From Neodothiora populina (Eukaryota), in assembly GCF_041146345.1 (NCBI RefSeq), contig NW_027191407.1, positions 310,001 through 374,000 of the forward strand: a stretch of DNA of 64,000 nt, read 5' to 3'. Positions 1 to 12,227 of this stretch are shown here, one piece after another. The stretch's first letter is position 1; every line of letters begins with the position of its first letter. The position numbers and the translations under genes are program-made. Under the pieces are notes generated by a model. It had not been told where the DNA came from, ran no database searches, and worked only from the letters and a program-made list of their open reading frames with translations.

Positions 1-604
1 CAGCACTCTCGCCTTGAAGCGCAACAACTCGATGATGCCGAGGACAATGTCGTTGACATAACAGAAGCCGCTGGCCTCGCTCTTCTTGGCGTGATGGAGA
101 CCGCCTGCCCAATTGACGGCGACATCGCACTTTCCGCGGTTCAGACGAGCGGCGCCCTCCATGCTGCCTCCAGCGCTGATTCCACAAAACTCAAAGAGGC
201 CGTCGAAGACGGGACAGTCATCGCCGACGTTGTATTTGCCCTGCTCTTTGGCGTAGTTGTCCATGTTGTCCGGGGTGACTTTTGACAGGAAATCGATGTA
301 CTCGTCGGTGTGGAACTGGGTCATTTCGTACTTTGAGGCAGGCTTCGCGCGCTGTGTCTTGTCAGTAGGTACACCAGCACAGAAGGGCACGAGATCCACA
401 TACGTAGATCTCCATCTTCTTGTAGAGACCGTAGTTCATGATCAGACTGTGGGCCATTCTTATGCGATGGGGCTTCATGGGATGACCGGCATTGTAGGCG
501 TAGTTTCCGACATCCGAATCGTAGAAATAGGCGACTTTCTTGTTCTGAGCTCCGTTGAGTCGAGGAGGGTCGATGGGCGCATAGCCCTGCGTGCCCGAGG
601 CCAT
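1..604 (-). CDS. RPD3: Class I histone deacetylase Rpd3/RpdA (5' part; runs off the window start)
   Basis: Exon 1 604-404 MASGTQG...[50 protein letters not shown] intron 403-352; exon 2 [22 protein letters not shown]...[31 protein letters not shown] (HDAC active-site HH motif). Confidence 0.97.
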
Positions 605-950
605 GGCTGGGGATGGTGGAAGGATGAGGCACCCTGATGACTCGGAGGACCCGAGACGTCGAATGTGGCTTGCTGGTGACGGGAAGAGACGGTCAATTAA
701 ACCAATGCATTGGTATGCGCGAGAGTGGCAAGGCTAAGGTAAGGTAAGCGTGGAATATGGAGAAGCCGGAACAAACCCCAAGCAAACATCCCAGGCCATC
801 TTGTCAAGAGTCCGTGCGTCGGCTCCGATAGTCCTGATAAAGATAGAAGCCGCGTTCGTCGAGTGGAGCTACAGCCAGGCAGCCAGGCGCCCAGATGATA
901 TACTGCACTACTAGACAAACCAGAGCAAACTGATACACCTTTGTAGCTGC

Positions 951-998
951 CCATCATCCATCATCCATCATCCATCATCCGTCATCCGTCCATCCATC
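951..998. repeat. Heptamer tandem repeat (CCATCAT)n, decaying to CCGTCAT, in the RPD3/RPN11 divergent promoter
   Basis: ccatcatccatcatccatcatccatcatccgtcatccgtccatcc read directly. Confidence 0.8.
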
Positions 999-1247
999 TC
1001 ATACACTCGATCTCGCATTCGTCATCCACACCATCCACCACTTTCTCATCGCCATCGTCATCGTCACCACCGCTCCAGCGACAATCCACCAGACCATTTC
1101 TCTTCATCCATCTGGTCTCCTCATCTGATCACTTGCAGTCTTCGACGCTCATCGACAACAGCGTCCTGAGCTCAACCCTCGGCCACTTCGAGTGTCAATC
1201 ACAGCCTTCCTCTATCTCGTCCTCCTGAAGCGCATACACATCACATC

Positions 1248-2383
1248 ATGGATCGCCTAAGTCGAATGTTGGCTGCCGCCCAGGGCATGGGAGGCGGCTC
1301 CGGTGGCCCTCAGCAGGACAGCAACATTGTCGACAACAGTGAAACCGTCTACATTTCATCCCTCGCCTTGCTCAAAATGCTACGTCACGGCCGCGCAGGT
1401 GTGCCCATGGAGGTCATGGGTCTGATGCTGGGCGAGTTTGTCGATGACTATACCGTGCGCGTCGTCGATGTTTTCGCCATGCCGCAATCAGGAACCGGCG
1501 TCTCTGTCGAGGCTGTGGATCCTGTCTTCCAGACCAAGATGATGGATATGCTCCGTCAGACCGGCCGGTACGCTGACTCTTTTTCTCCTCTGCCTCTCAC
1601 ACCCGACTGACCTTTTCTCTTCCCAGACCGGAAACCGTCGTTGGCTGGTACCACTCTCACCCTGGTTTCGGCTGCTGGTTATCCAGCGTCGATATCAACA
1701 CACAACAGTCCTTTGAACAGCTCACCCCTCGCGCCGTCGCCGTCGTCATCGATCCCATCCAATCAGTCAAGGGCAAGGTCGTCATCGACGCCTTCCGCCT
1801 CATCAACCCACAGACGCTCATGCTCGGCCAAGAGCCACGCCAGACGACGTCCAACGTCGGACACCTCAACAAGCCCTCCATCCAAGCTCTCATCCACGGT
1901 CTCAACAGACACTACTACTCCATCGCTGTCGGCTATCTCAAGGGTCGGGGAGGCGGAGGCGCGAGCGGCTCGTCCCAAGGTGTTGGTGCCTCGGCCGGCC
2001 TCAGCGGTGAAGAGGGCATGTTGATGAATCTACACAAGAGCGTCTGGACAGAAGCCTTGACAATGTCCGACTTCAAGACCGAGGGCGACCGCAACCTCGA
2101 CCAGCTCAAGAAACTCGTCTCCCTGGCCGACGGCTACGACAAGCGCGTCAAGGAAGAGACGGAACTCTCCAAGGACCAACTGCGCACGCGCTACGTCGGA
2201 AAGGTAGACCCCAAGAAACACATCGAGGCGCTGTCTCAACTTTTGCTCGAAGACAACATCGTGAGCGTGTCCCGGCAGATGATCGACAAGGAGGCCTCGG
2301 TCCCCACCATTTACCAGCCATGCGTCTCCGGCGATCTCACAGACAACGCCGACGGCGCCATGCAGCTCGACGAGGAACTCTAG
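1248..2383 (+). CDS. RPN11: 26S proteasome lid deubiquitinase Rpn11 (MPN+/JAMM)
   Basis: [31 protein letters not shown]; intron 1568-1626 (gtacgc...cag); JAMM motif [17 protein letters not shown] in exon 2. Confidence 0.98.
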
Positions 2384-2861
2384 GATCAATCCCCACTAAA
2401 GACAAGAGAAGGATGACGAGGACTACATGATGTTGTACTATACCGTTCAGGTCAAAGCCGCGGTACGGGGTATGTAGACGACCCCCAGACAGGTTTCAAG
2501 AATCCAATCAGACCTATCCCTGAGGGATCATCTATGTTCTCTCCTCTCCATATCCATCAGGTAAAGTATGATCCAATACAGTGCATACATGTCTCTCCCA
2601 TCCATCACCTCCTATATCAAAAGAGCCGAAGTCAATCAAAAAACCACAAGAGAAGAAGAAGGCGTGATCATGAAAAGCGCGTGTTATACATCAAAGTTGC
2701 CGTAACCGGCCAGCCAGCCAGTCTTTCCCTCCAGTCAGGCAATCAGCCAGCCAGTCACCCTATCATCACCGAATCCAACCCGACAGGGCAACGACCTAAA
2801 GGTAAGAAAAGACAACCCCTTCGAATCATCATGGTCGTACACCCAACCCAGCCTATCGACC

Positions 2862-5800
2862 CTACATACCCCCCAAACTACTCGGCGTAGAAGTAACAGG
2901 GCCATAAGTACTGAGCGGCCAGAGCGCGGCAGCGGCAGCAGCGACAGCAGCGGCCGTGGCCGACGACGACGACGACGACGACGAGTTCACAATACTATTA
3001 CTGTTATTGTTGTTCGACGTCGACGTGGCGTTGTTGTTGTTCCCAGGTCCGGCGCTGTTGTTGTTGGCGTTGTTCGCGATGTTGTTGGCGTTAGACGAAG
3101 AAGAAGAGGCGTCGAGGCCGCTCAATACGCTCCCTACACTGGCGTCGCTGACGCCTTGGAGCGCCATGACGTTTATGCTTTGGTTGTCGCCTGCGCCTGT
3201 CGCACCGTTTATGCCGCTTGCTGATGAGGGCGTGGTGTTGGGTAGCTTGTTTGCGACGGACGAGGGGGAGGTCGAGTCTGCGGCGGTGTTGCTGTTGTTG
3301 TTGTTGTTGTTGTTGTTGCTGCCGAGGGCTAGTAGAGTCGATGCTGACTCTAGTGGTGGATAGGGAGAGGAGAGGTTGCCGAAGCCGTTGTTGAATAGTG
3401 ACATCATGTCTGTCGTGAAATGCCGCCATGCTGCTGGTCCGTACAGGTTTTGTTGCTGCTGTTGCTCTTGCTGATGATGGTGATGGTGGTGGTGGACGGG
3501 TGCAAAGGGGTTGGTTGACGTTGGGTCGTTGCCTGCGCCATTGCCTCCAAATGCTTGCATGAACTGCTGAGCCTGCTGGTCTTGTAGCTGTTGTTGCTGG
3601 TGTTGCTGGTGATGATGGTGATGGGAAGGTTGGAGCTGCGCTTGCAGTGGTTGGCCTGAGTTGTGAGCCGCCAGTTGCGCTTGAAGATCGGGCTTGATGT
3701 CCACACCCGTATCCGATTGAGGATAAGGGTTGTCAAACGTCAGTCCGTTCGAAGAATAGGTAGGAACAGATGTCCCGGGAGGATCGGGATACGAAAAATT
3801 CGCTGCTCCTCCACTGCCGCCTACTGATGGATAAGGCCCAGGTGGTGAGGTGAGGGACGGATCATGGGCAGGGTCGAGGTACGGCGATGGATTATTAGGG
3901 TCGTTTGGTGACGGCCCGCCGTCCGTGGAGTAGACTGGCGCATACCCTGGCGGTGCAGTGCTGTACTGCACCATACCTGAATGGTCGCCGGCCTCGGAAG
4001 TCACTGCTTGAGGAGATGTTCTTGCCATGGCTGCCGACGCAACAGCGGCAGACGCCGTACGCGCCGCCAGGTCTTTGCTGATCGTATCGATCGCTGTAGA
4101 AACGATGGAGCGCACAGCAATCTGGAGTCGAGGGCCAGACCCCAGCATTTGGCCAATGTCCCCTATAATGCCCAACCAAGTCTCCATGTCCGCCTTGAGG
4201 TCGTTGAGCTGCGCAGAAGTGATGCGGTCTTTCCTCTGGTGCCACGTGAATAAAGTGACGAACATGGCAGATAACCACACGGTAGCGTTCAACCACGTTG
4301 TGTCCAGACCCTTCAGCGCCCGCATGCCTTGCGCAATACGAAGCAGCTCCGAGCTAGCCTGAAGACAGATGTCGAGGTTCTTGTTCATTACTTCCTGGCT
4401 TTGAGTACGACATACGGCTGGGTGATGGATAAGCAAATTCAGCTCTTCAGAGCCAAATTGCAGATACAACGAACAGACTCGGTCGTCCTGCGCGGTTTGC
4501 GGACCCCCGGAAAGCTCGATTGGTATGCTTTTCTTGAACACTTCGAGGTCCTTTTCAAGCTTCTGAAGGGTGAGTTCGTAAGAATGCGGCGGCGCCCTCA
4601 CCGAGTAAATTGTCGATTGCACTTGCAGATTGACCAATACCCACTTGAAGTTATGACAGCCGACTCTGAAAGAGCACTTGTGCCAATCGTCGCATTGGCT
4701 TTCAGCGGCGGTAAAGTCGTGTATCGGCTTAGGAAACTCTACGTCAAAGTCTTCCAAGCGGACCGCGAGAGGGCGACCGAGCTTGTTACTGATAGAGCAG
4801 TGGATCACCAATACACTCCAGAAGACTCGCTTTCTCAACTCAATTTCAAGTTCACCCATTTCAGGGGCTGATTTGTTCCAGGCGTTGACCGAGCGGTGTA
4901 GTCCCATCTCGATACAGAGTGTTAGCGTCAGACTAGACATGAACCATGCGGCGCCAGGCTTAGTGAAGTTGCGCAGGTGCAGACAGATTAATGCTATAGC
5001 TTGCATGTTGGACAAGGTGCGCTCTTGCATCAGCTTCTGTAGATAGCTGACAGCATAGCGGTAATGGTCAGCCCAGTTGTTCTGTATAGCGTTTCTCGTC
5101 GAGTACTGAAAAAGCATCATGGCCAGCACCATGTGTAGCTGCACAGTCTCGGCGATCGACGGAGAATAGGATGCATCGGTGTGCAGCCTGTCGACCATAT
5201 CCAGAATGGCGGGTTTGTGCACGATGGGCGCATGGCAATTGACGGCCTTGAAGTACCATTCGCAGAACGCCTTGCATTCCTGATATGGAGGAAGACTAGG
5301 AGGCTCGTAGATGTGTCCGCCAAAGGCAACTTGCAAGAAGTTCTCATAGGATGTTGGGGAGAATGCCTCCTGCGCATCATTCGTGATAAACTCGGCCAAA
5401 TCAAGCTCCATGCCGAATAGTGTCAACGAGGTACCTTTGATCGGGCTGACCCATTCATTCGACCCCGACACACCGAGATAGTTGTCTCCCAAAGATCCTG
5501 GGCCTGCTCGGTAGTCAGGTAGTCCTGCACCTCTACCTCGGCTCTTATCTGCAGAGTCCGACAGAATCTGAGTTAGGTCGAACGTCTGCGCAGGCCATCC
5601 GAAGGTAGGCGATCCTCCGGGCGCAACATAGGCCATTGGCATTACAGGCGCAGGACGAGGCTCCATACCAGTCTCCTGGATCTGTGCTCGGAGATCACTG
5701 ACATACTGTTTCAAGGTTATGTTCTCGGCTTCGATGGATTCCGTGTGTCCTCGGGACGTCGCGCGGCCAGTAATGCGATCAGTCGTCTTGCATTCCAGGT

Positions 5801-6072
5801 TGTTCTGTAGACATGGTGAACAGCCACCCGGCCTGGCATCACATCTTATCTTGCGAATCTGTTCATAAACAACAATTCATCAGCCCATGCGACGGCACAT
5901 ATACAACCTGGAAATTTTCTCCCACCTTGCAGCGATCGCATGCTTGACCCGTTCGCGATGTCCCAGTGAGCTTCTTGCGCACTGAGCCCGAGAAATCACC
6001 ACCATTCGAAGTCCTAGCATGTTTGCTTGGTGTGCCATCCGAGCCTGCCTCGCTCATGCGCTTGGCCGGCAT
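2862..6072 (-). CDS. Zn(II)2Cys6 transcription factor with fungal TF middle homology region and Q/H/N/S/A-rich C-terminus
   Basis: ATG 6072 MPAKRMSE...RTGQACDRCK | intron 5925-5859 | IRKIRCDARPGGCSPCLQNNLEC (6 Cys), continuing into the 950-aa ORF with EMGLHR...ELRKRVFWS...LGRP. Confidence 0.93.
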
Positions 6073-6483
6073 GTTGCGATGGCTTTCTGAGTTGCGGTAT
6101 ATACCGTCTCTTCCTGTACGGTACAAGCCGTCGCAGCTTCGAGGTCGATTAACAGTCGGACGTGTCGCGAGTCTGATACTATACGACACAGATGATCGAA
6201 TCTCAATCTTATCTGCTACGTTCTTGATGCGATACGAATACTGATTGTTTTGATCTCTGGTGCGCCTTGCTATTCTCAGTTGTGGCGAGCGCAGACCCGT
6301 ATACCTGACTAACTTGGCAAAAAATAAAGATACAAACACGTGACCCCGCCCGTACTTTCAGGTGTAACCGCGATACTGCAGAACATCTTCTATAGAAGCC
6401 TTCTGATATATTAATTCTCACTCTGATGACTTCAACAATTGCAGCCTGGGATTCCCTGTTCATCAAAGAAGAATAAATCAGTC

Positions 6484-7181
6484 ATGGCGGAAGTTGAAAC
6501 AGTGGTATTGCCTCACTTGGCAGATTATCCTCTCTTCGTAGCACTGTACAAGGACGTGACAAATGCAAATTTCCTTCGGCAGCAATTGCTTGAGGGAAAC
6601 AGTGACTTCGAGTACGCATTCCTGGATGCTCAAGTAGTACGTTTCAGTCAATATTATTACTCCCGAGACCAAGTCTGAACACTTCAGATCCTGTCACGAA
6701 CGCAGATTCTTGCCGCTTGCTTCAGAGCCGTCAACGATATGGTGCATAATAGGCTGAAGAGTCGCAACGTTCACTCTGAGATTGTTTTCTCACTATCGCC
6801 CAATAACAATGTGCGTGCACTCCTTCTATATTCCTCCTACTCGCTTTGCGTTATTGACAAAAGTCGCAGATCGCAGAGTCATTCCGTCGATTTGGCATCA
6901 CAGATACTACAAAGGATGTCTTGGCTATCAAAGTGCGCGTCAGTCCAGAATTCACTTCTGAGTCTGTGAGCCAGCACTTGACCCAACAAGTGAAGGGACA
7001 GGCTATCGAGGTATCAGATGAGATACTTGGCGATCTCGTTGATCTTGCAAGACTCAAGAAGATCTACAAGCTCAATGCACCGCCAAAGAAGGGTGGTTCA
7101 GGCATTGTTTCGTCGGCAGCGGCGGAGAGAGATGAAATGGAAAGTTCAATCCTCGGAGCCATGGCTCTCAAGGGGTCATGA
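6484..7181 (+). CDS. CGI121: KEOPS/EKC complex subunit Cgi121
   Basis: Three exons joined by GT-AG introns: [15 protein letters not shown]...[35 protein letters not shown]...RLKKIYKL...[10 protein letters not shown]. Confidence 0.9.
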
Positions 7182-9062
7182 AGTGCAGACGATGCGCAGT
7201 GTGACAGACTTGCTCGAAACCATCGAACATCAGTGCCGCATTCGTCGATTTTATTCTCGCAGGCGTGGCCTCGCGTCCAATGGCTAATCGGCACAACGTA
7301 CATATGTACAGCGAGGGGTAACGTGAACAAGGATGCATAGCAAGGACCTTGTTCCGATCGGTATAGCTATGGCAGCCGTATGGCGAGGGGGTAATAGGAG
7401 AGGTCACTTGACTCACCCCCGGGTGTCACTGGACTCAATACCAGAATCATCGAGGTCACTTCACTCATTAATTTCCGCCGGTTTTAGCGAAGGTTCTCTC
7501 CCAAGACCCAGCTATGAACAAGCATCGGACAACTCCCAGGAGCTAGTCACTGCTAGTACAAGATTGAGAGCCTGCGCCAATTATTGATTGACTTTTCGTC
7601 TTGCAGTATACCACTACAATACAAAAAGCCTCACATTACAAGCTTTCAGCATATCTGTAAGCGACGTTTCTTTCTCAACTCTCTTGGTGTTTCAAGACTT
7701 GAAGTCTCCGAAAACACCGCGGTTTTCAGACTTCGTACTGTCGCTCAAAAGGTCACTATTGGAGTTTTGACATGTACTTATTCGTATAGCAAGGCTGCAG
7801 AAGGGGCAATCTGCAGCGTTTGACTCCTCTTCTGGTAGCTGTCCTGCAGCTTGCGCGCATTCGGTCCTTGCCTTATCGCAAGTTTGCTGGTAAGAAGACC
7901 AATATATCACGCATTCATACAGATCCTTGAGCTGACGACGACAACGTTCAAGATCGGTTCTCGTTCCAAAGTCTCCGTCGTGTACTAGCACATGCACGAG
8001 TAGTCGCCAGGGCAGGCGCAGCCGCGCGTTTTGCTAGCACACGCAATTGATAATCTTACAAGTACCTTATCACCTTAGGGCTAAATGCATGTGCATATAC
8101 TTCACTGATCTCCGTAAGACTACATCATGCATTCTAGGTCATGCTCGCGTGAAACAATATTGCTCATGACAGTAAGCCTCGAGGGCCGTTTGCAAGCCTT
8201 CGTAGACGGAGATGACATCTCAGTCCGGCAAGGGTAACATATTGTACCTTATGCCCGCAGACGGTTGTGAAAACTGGGCTAGACTAAAGCTAACGGTTTG
8301 TCTTGACACAAGCCTTGCCAAGTTCAGTTTAAAAGCTTGGTTCAACATTGCCATGCGCCACCTGCATGCATGTTGGTTCGGTATTCAATTTTCTCGTCGT
8401 CACCGAGCTTGGTGACGTGGACGCCCGCGTCTCACTCAGTCAACCAGGGCAGCTCAAGAGATCAAACAGGCAGCCTGACATGCTGACCACGGCAAGATCC
8501 TAATCCAACAATAGCACGTCGATCATGAGCAGAGCCTCCGAGCAATTGCGTTCATCGCATCCCCCGCGTGGAGTTGCAGGCGGAGAACAAACCACATTCT
8601 ACTAAGCCGCCTCGTTCAGCCCCGACTGAGGGAGTCGCGGCTCAGCACGGACCCAGAGCTTACACCACGCACGATCCGGGAGGAAATCCTAGACCACGCC
8701 TGGTAAGAAAAAGTCTAAACCCAACGCCATGTAAAATACCCTCGACACCTACAGTATTGTATCGAAACTTTAAGTCGAATCAAAGAGTCCGCGCAATAGA
8801 AGTTCCGCCCCTGGTCGGACATATCATAATTTCCTGTTTGGGTGCGAATGTTGCATATGTGTTGATAGGGCGAGGCTGTCCGATCGAGACTCTGCTCACG
8901 CGACACTGTATTATATCTATTGCCTTTCCTTTGTTTCGAAACTTGCTCTGCTCACTTACGTTCTTTCGATTTCAAGGCTTGCATTATAACCCCTTTACAT
9001 CTCGATTGATTTTTTTATGGCAAGTGCACTACCAAGCATTTTGGTCGTGTGCACACTTAGAC

Positions 9063-10244
9063 ATGTTGTCATCATATACAATCTTGCTAGCATTCAATAC
9101 CTTGGCTTCATCGGTCTTTGGTAGCCCATTCCCGCCTCCTTCCAGAAGAGATGCCGACTTCAACAGTGTGAGAACACGACTGAAGCATGACCACAGTGGC
9201 AAAGGAGGGGATGACCCTGGCAAATATTTCCATGAATCAACGTAAGTGAATTGTCGGAAGAGGGCGGCAGTAGTTCAGGAGTTCATCTGACATCCATAAG
9301 TTTTCACCCTCATTACGATGGTCGTTTTGCAGAGAAGCCGCTGCCATATGACGAGAAGCGGGTGCATCTCACTGCTCTCGTCCAGACATATCTATCGACC
9401 ATGAACGATATTGGCGCAGAGACCTGGATCATGCATGGCAGTCTACTGGGCTGGTTCTGGAACAAGAAAATCATGCCTTGGGACTCGGACATCGATGTGC
9501 AGATGTCCGAGAACTCCATGACCCACTTAGCTGATTACTACAACATGACCGTCCACCATTTCAAGCTTCCGGGAGTCCCCAAGGGCCGAGATTACATGCT
9601 CGAGGTCAACCCTAACTGGATTAACGGCAGTATCACTGACACATTGAATGTCATCGATGCCCGGTGGATTGACACAGACAGTGGTCTCTTCATCGACATC
9701 ACAACATTGAGACCCAACTTGACGGCTCAAGAAGAAGGCCATGAAGGCTACATGATGTGTAAAGACAAACACCACTACAATCACTCGGATATCTTTCCGC
9801 TGCGAGGTCAGCCTGTCTATTTACATCACACCTTTTGACACTCGCTAACAGTCACAGAATCCACATTTGAGGATATCCCAGTGAAAATTCCTTACGCATA
9901 CACAGACCTCTTGATTGAGGAATACTCACACGAAGCGCTGGCCGTACGTGATTTCGAGAATCACCACTTCGATCAATTGACCATGGAGTGGAAACCAATA
10001 AGGTGAGCCAATTTTCTTACATGCACATGCCTACGGCGAGGCGCTGACAATTGTACGTAGTACCACCTCAGGTGGTAAGAAGGCGCCTAAGATGTCCTCG
10101 AAGGATCATGGCTTTCATCTTCCCAAGGGCATTAGTAAGGCTGCATTAGCTCGCCTGTACGCTGGTCGTACTCCCGGCGAGTCGGACGTGGGCAAGCCAC
10201 CTCCTCCAGCGGAAGAAGTCAATACAGCATCTATCATTGTTTGA
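9063..10244 (+). CDS. LicD-family (Mnn4/fukutin-like) phosphotransferase with N-terminal signal sequence
   Basis: KYFHES|FHPHYDGRF, TWIMHGSLLGWFWN, PWDSDIDVQ, IDARWIDTDSGLFIDIT; introns 9242-9300, about 9807-9857 and 10003-10060; stop TGA 10242-10244. Confidence 0.9.
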
Positions 10245-11663
10245 TGAGTGGATTTTCTGAGCATTTAAGCATACGATTCAGTAGAGTGCATGAAGAGACT
10301 TGTCGCAAGGATCCAGAAGCAGACCTCGAAGTTACAATACGATGGCAGTGATACACGGTCATCTGAATGAGGAACAAGCAGGTGCAAGTAGATGTCATGA
10401 GCATGGTTCGCATATAGTTTAACAGTGGCGTTGTTGGACGGTAGGATTAGTACATGAGCGTTCGACTTTAGAGATCGGGACCAAAGATATGATTGTCTAT
10501 ATTGTTTGCACAATGTCTCCAACATGACTATAGACATGACATCCACATCCCATTTCTACTGTAGTTAGCACTTGTCGACCTTCAAAGACTGCGTCGAGGC
10601 ATGTCCTGTTCGGTTCGGACGTTCGAGAGCCACCAGGGTTGGTATTGTTGTGGCGCCGGCGCTGATGTTTCGGCCGGTGCTCGGCTCCGCATCGTGGAGC
10701 AGGGCTGGATCTGGAGAACCAGTATTTGCAACAAAGCTTCTCATAGATTTCAAATTCACTCCAGACAAGTCACTTGTCAATGTAAACATCTCGGGCTGTA
10801 CTTGGAGACTTGCATGTCTCGGATGGGACATGTGCATCTAGTGCGAGTGGTACCATTTTCGCCTTGTGCGATTGCAGGGCTCGGAGAAATGTGGCTTGCT
10901 TGATTCTATCACCGGCTCGACTGGAGATGAAGTGACGATACACCACTTTCGTCGTGAAGCGTTCCTAGGTCGTTACTGGGGCTTCACGGCGCCTATACTC
11001 TACGGACTATGAGCATATGACTTTCTTCAGATCGAATCCAGAACCCAGCTATACGTCTGCAAGTCTCATTTATTATTTGGTGCATGGCACTTGACCATGC
11101 CTTGGCATGTGAGGTCGAGGCTCGATGTCGGGTGACGAGGCCGAGGGCAAGTCCGCCAGCCAATTACCTTGAGCAATCATTCGGTGTTGTTTTCACGTCT
11201 CACAAAGCGCCTTTGTCCGGCGGCAACTTCAGGAGCCTGTCACCGCACATATGCCCCGTCTATTGTGCGACATGGTATCCTTGACCTCACAACACTAAGT
11301 ATTCCCAAAGCGCTGTCCTCACTGGCGTGTGTCGTATGAATGCATTCGTCGTCGAAACAGCTTCGACAGGCATTTATCAGCGTAGAGTCTGAAATAGACA
11401 TATAGTCTTTCGACCACTGTTCCACAGCAGCAAGATACTCTCTCCCAGCGCTAGATGAAGGAAGCATGGGTTCTGCAGAGTAAGTCTGGTCGGTCGCTGG
11501 TGAAACTATCGCGACGTAAATTATAGAGGACATAGACACACAATGTAGGTCGATTCGTGGAATCGCCGTGCCAAATTCGACTTCTTCTTGAACAAACCTT
11601 TTGGTGTCCATCGATTGGCCAGCAGGTGAAAGATCTCTCGAGAGATCATACATCTTCAACATC

Positions 11664-11688
11664 GGGGGGGGGGGGGGGGGGGGGGGGG
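11664..11688. repeat. G25 homopolymer
   Basis: 25 consecutive G counted. Confidence 0.95.
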
Positions 11689-12227
11689 TTTCTTTTAGCT
11701 TTCTTTGTTGTCGCGTATCGTACACCTAGTGCTTGTTCAAGAAGCACCGATTTCCTGTACTTCCTTGCCTCACTTTCACCTCGTGGCATCAGTCCATTGA
11801 CTCGTTCATTTGTACAACAATGCCAACAGATCAATAGTCATTGTTGCATTGTCACGTTCTGATTCTCAAAGCGCTGGATCGCATAATAACATTACACATT
11901 CGTTCTTTTTCTGTTCTGTCTGTCTTCTTTCATCAAGCAGTCTTTGTCTTTTGAAAAGTAACATATATTCAAGTAGTCTGCAGGCCGGTTCCTGAGACTT
12001 CTTATTTTCTCCTGCAAGACATCATTTCCACAATATCGAAACGTTTTGGCTCTTGAGACAAGACTTAAGCAAGACAAATACACACTCTTTCAACAACATA
12101 TTCGAGCCGGCTCGAAACACCTTGCGAAGACCTTGCTGGTTCAAGGACTTCTTACTCAGATCAATACAAAAACACTCCTTCCCCAACACTTTTCACTACA
12201 ACACCTTTTGCGAAAGTCGAAAAAACA

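Noticed and set aside
8568..9062. N-terminal extension of the LicD gene (225-aa ORF)
   Set aside because: Starts at GTG and has non-coding-like composition; ATG 9063 gives a proper signal sequence.
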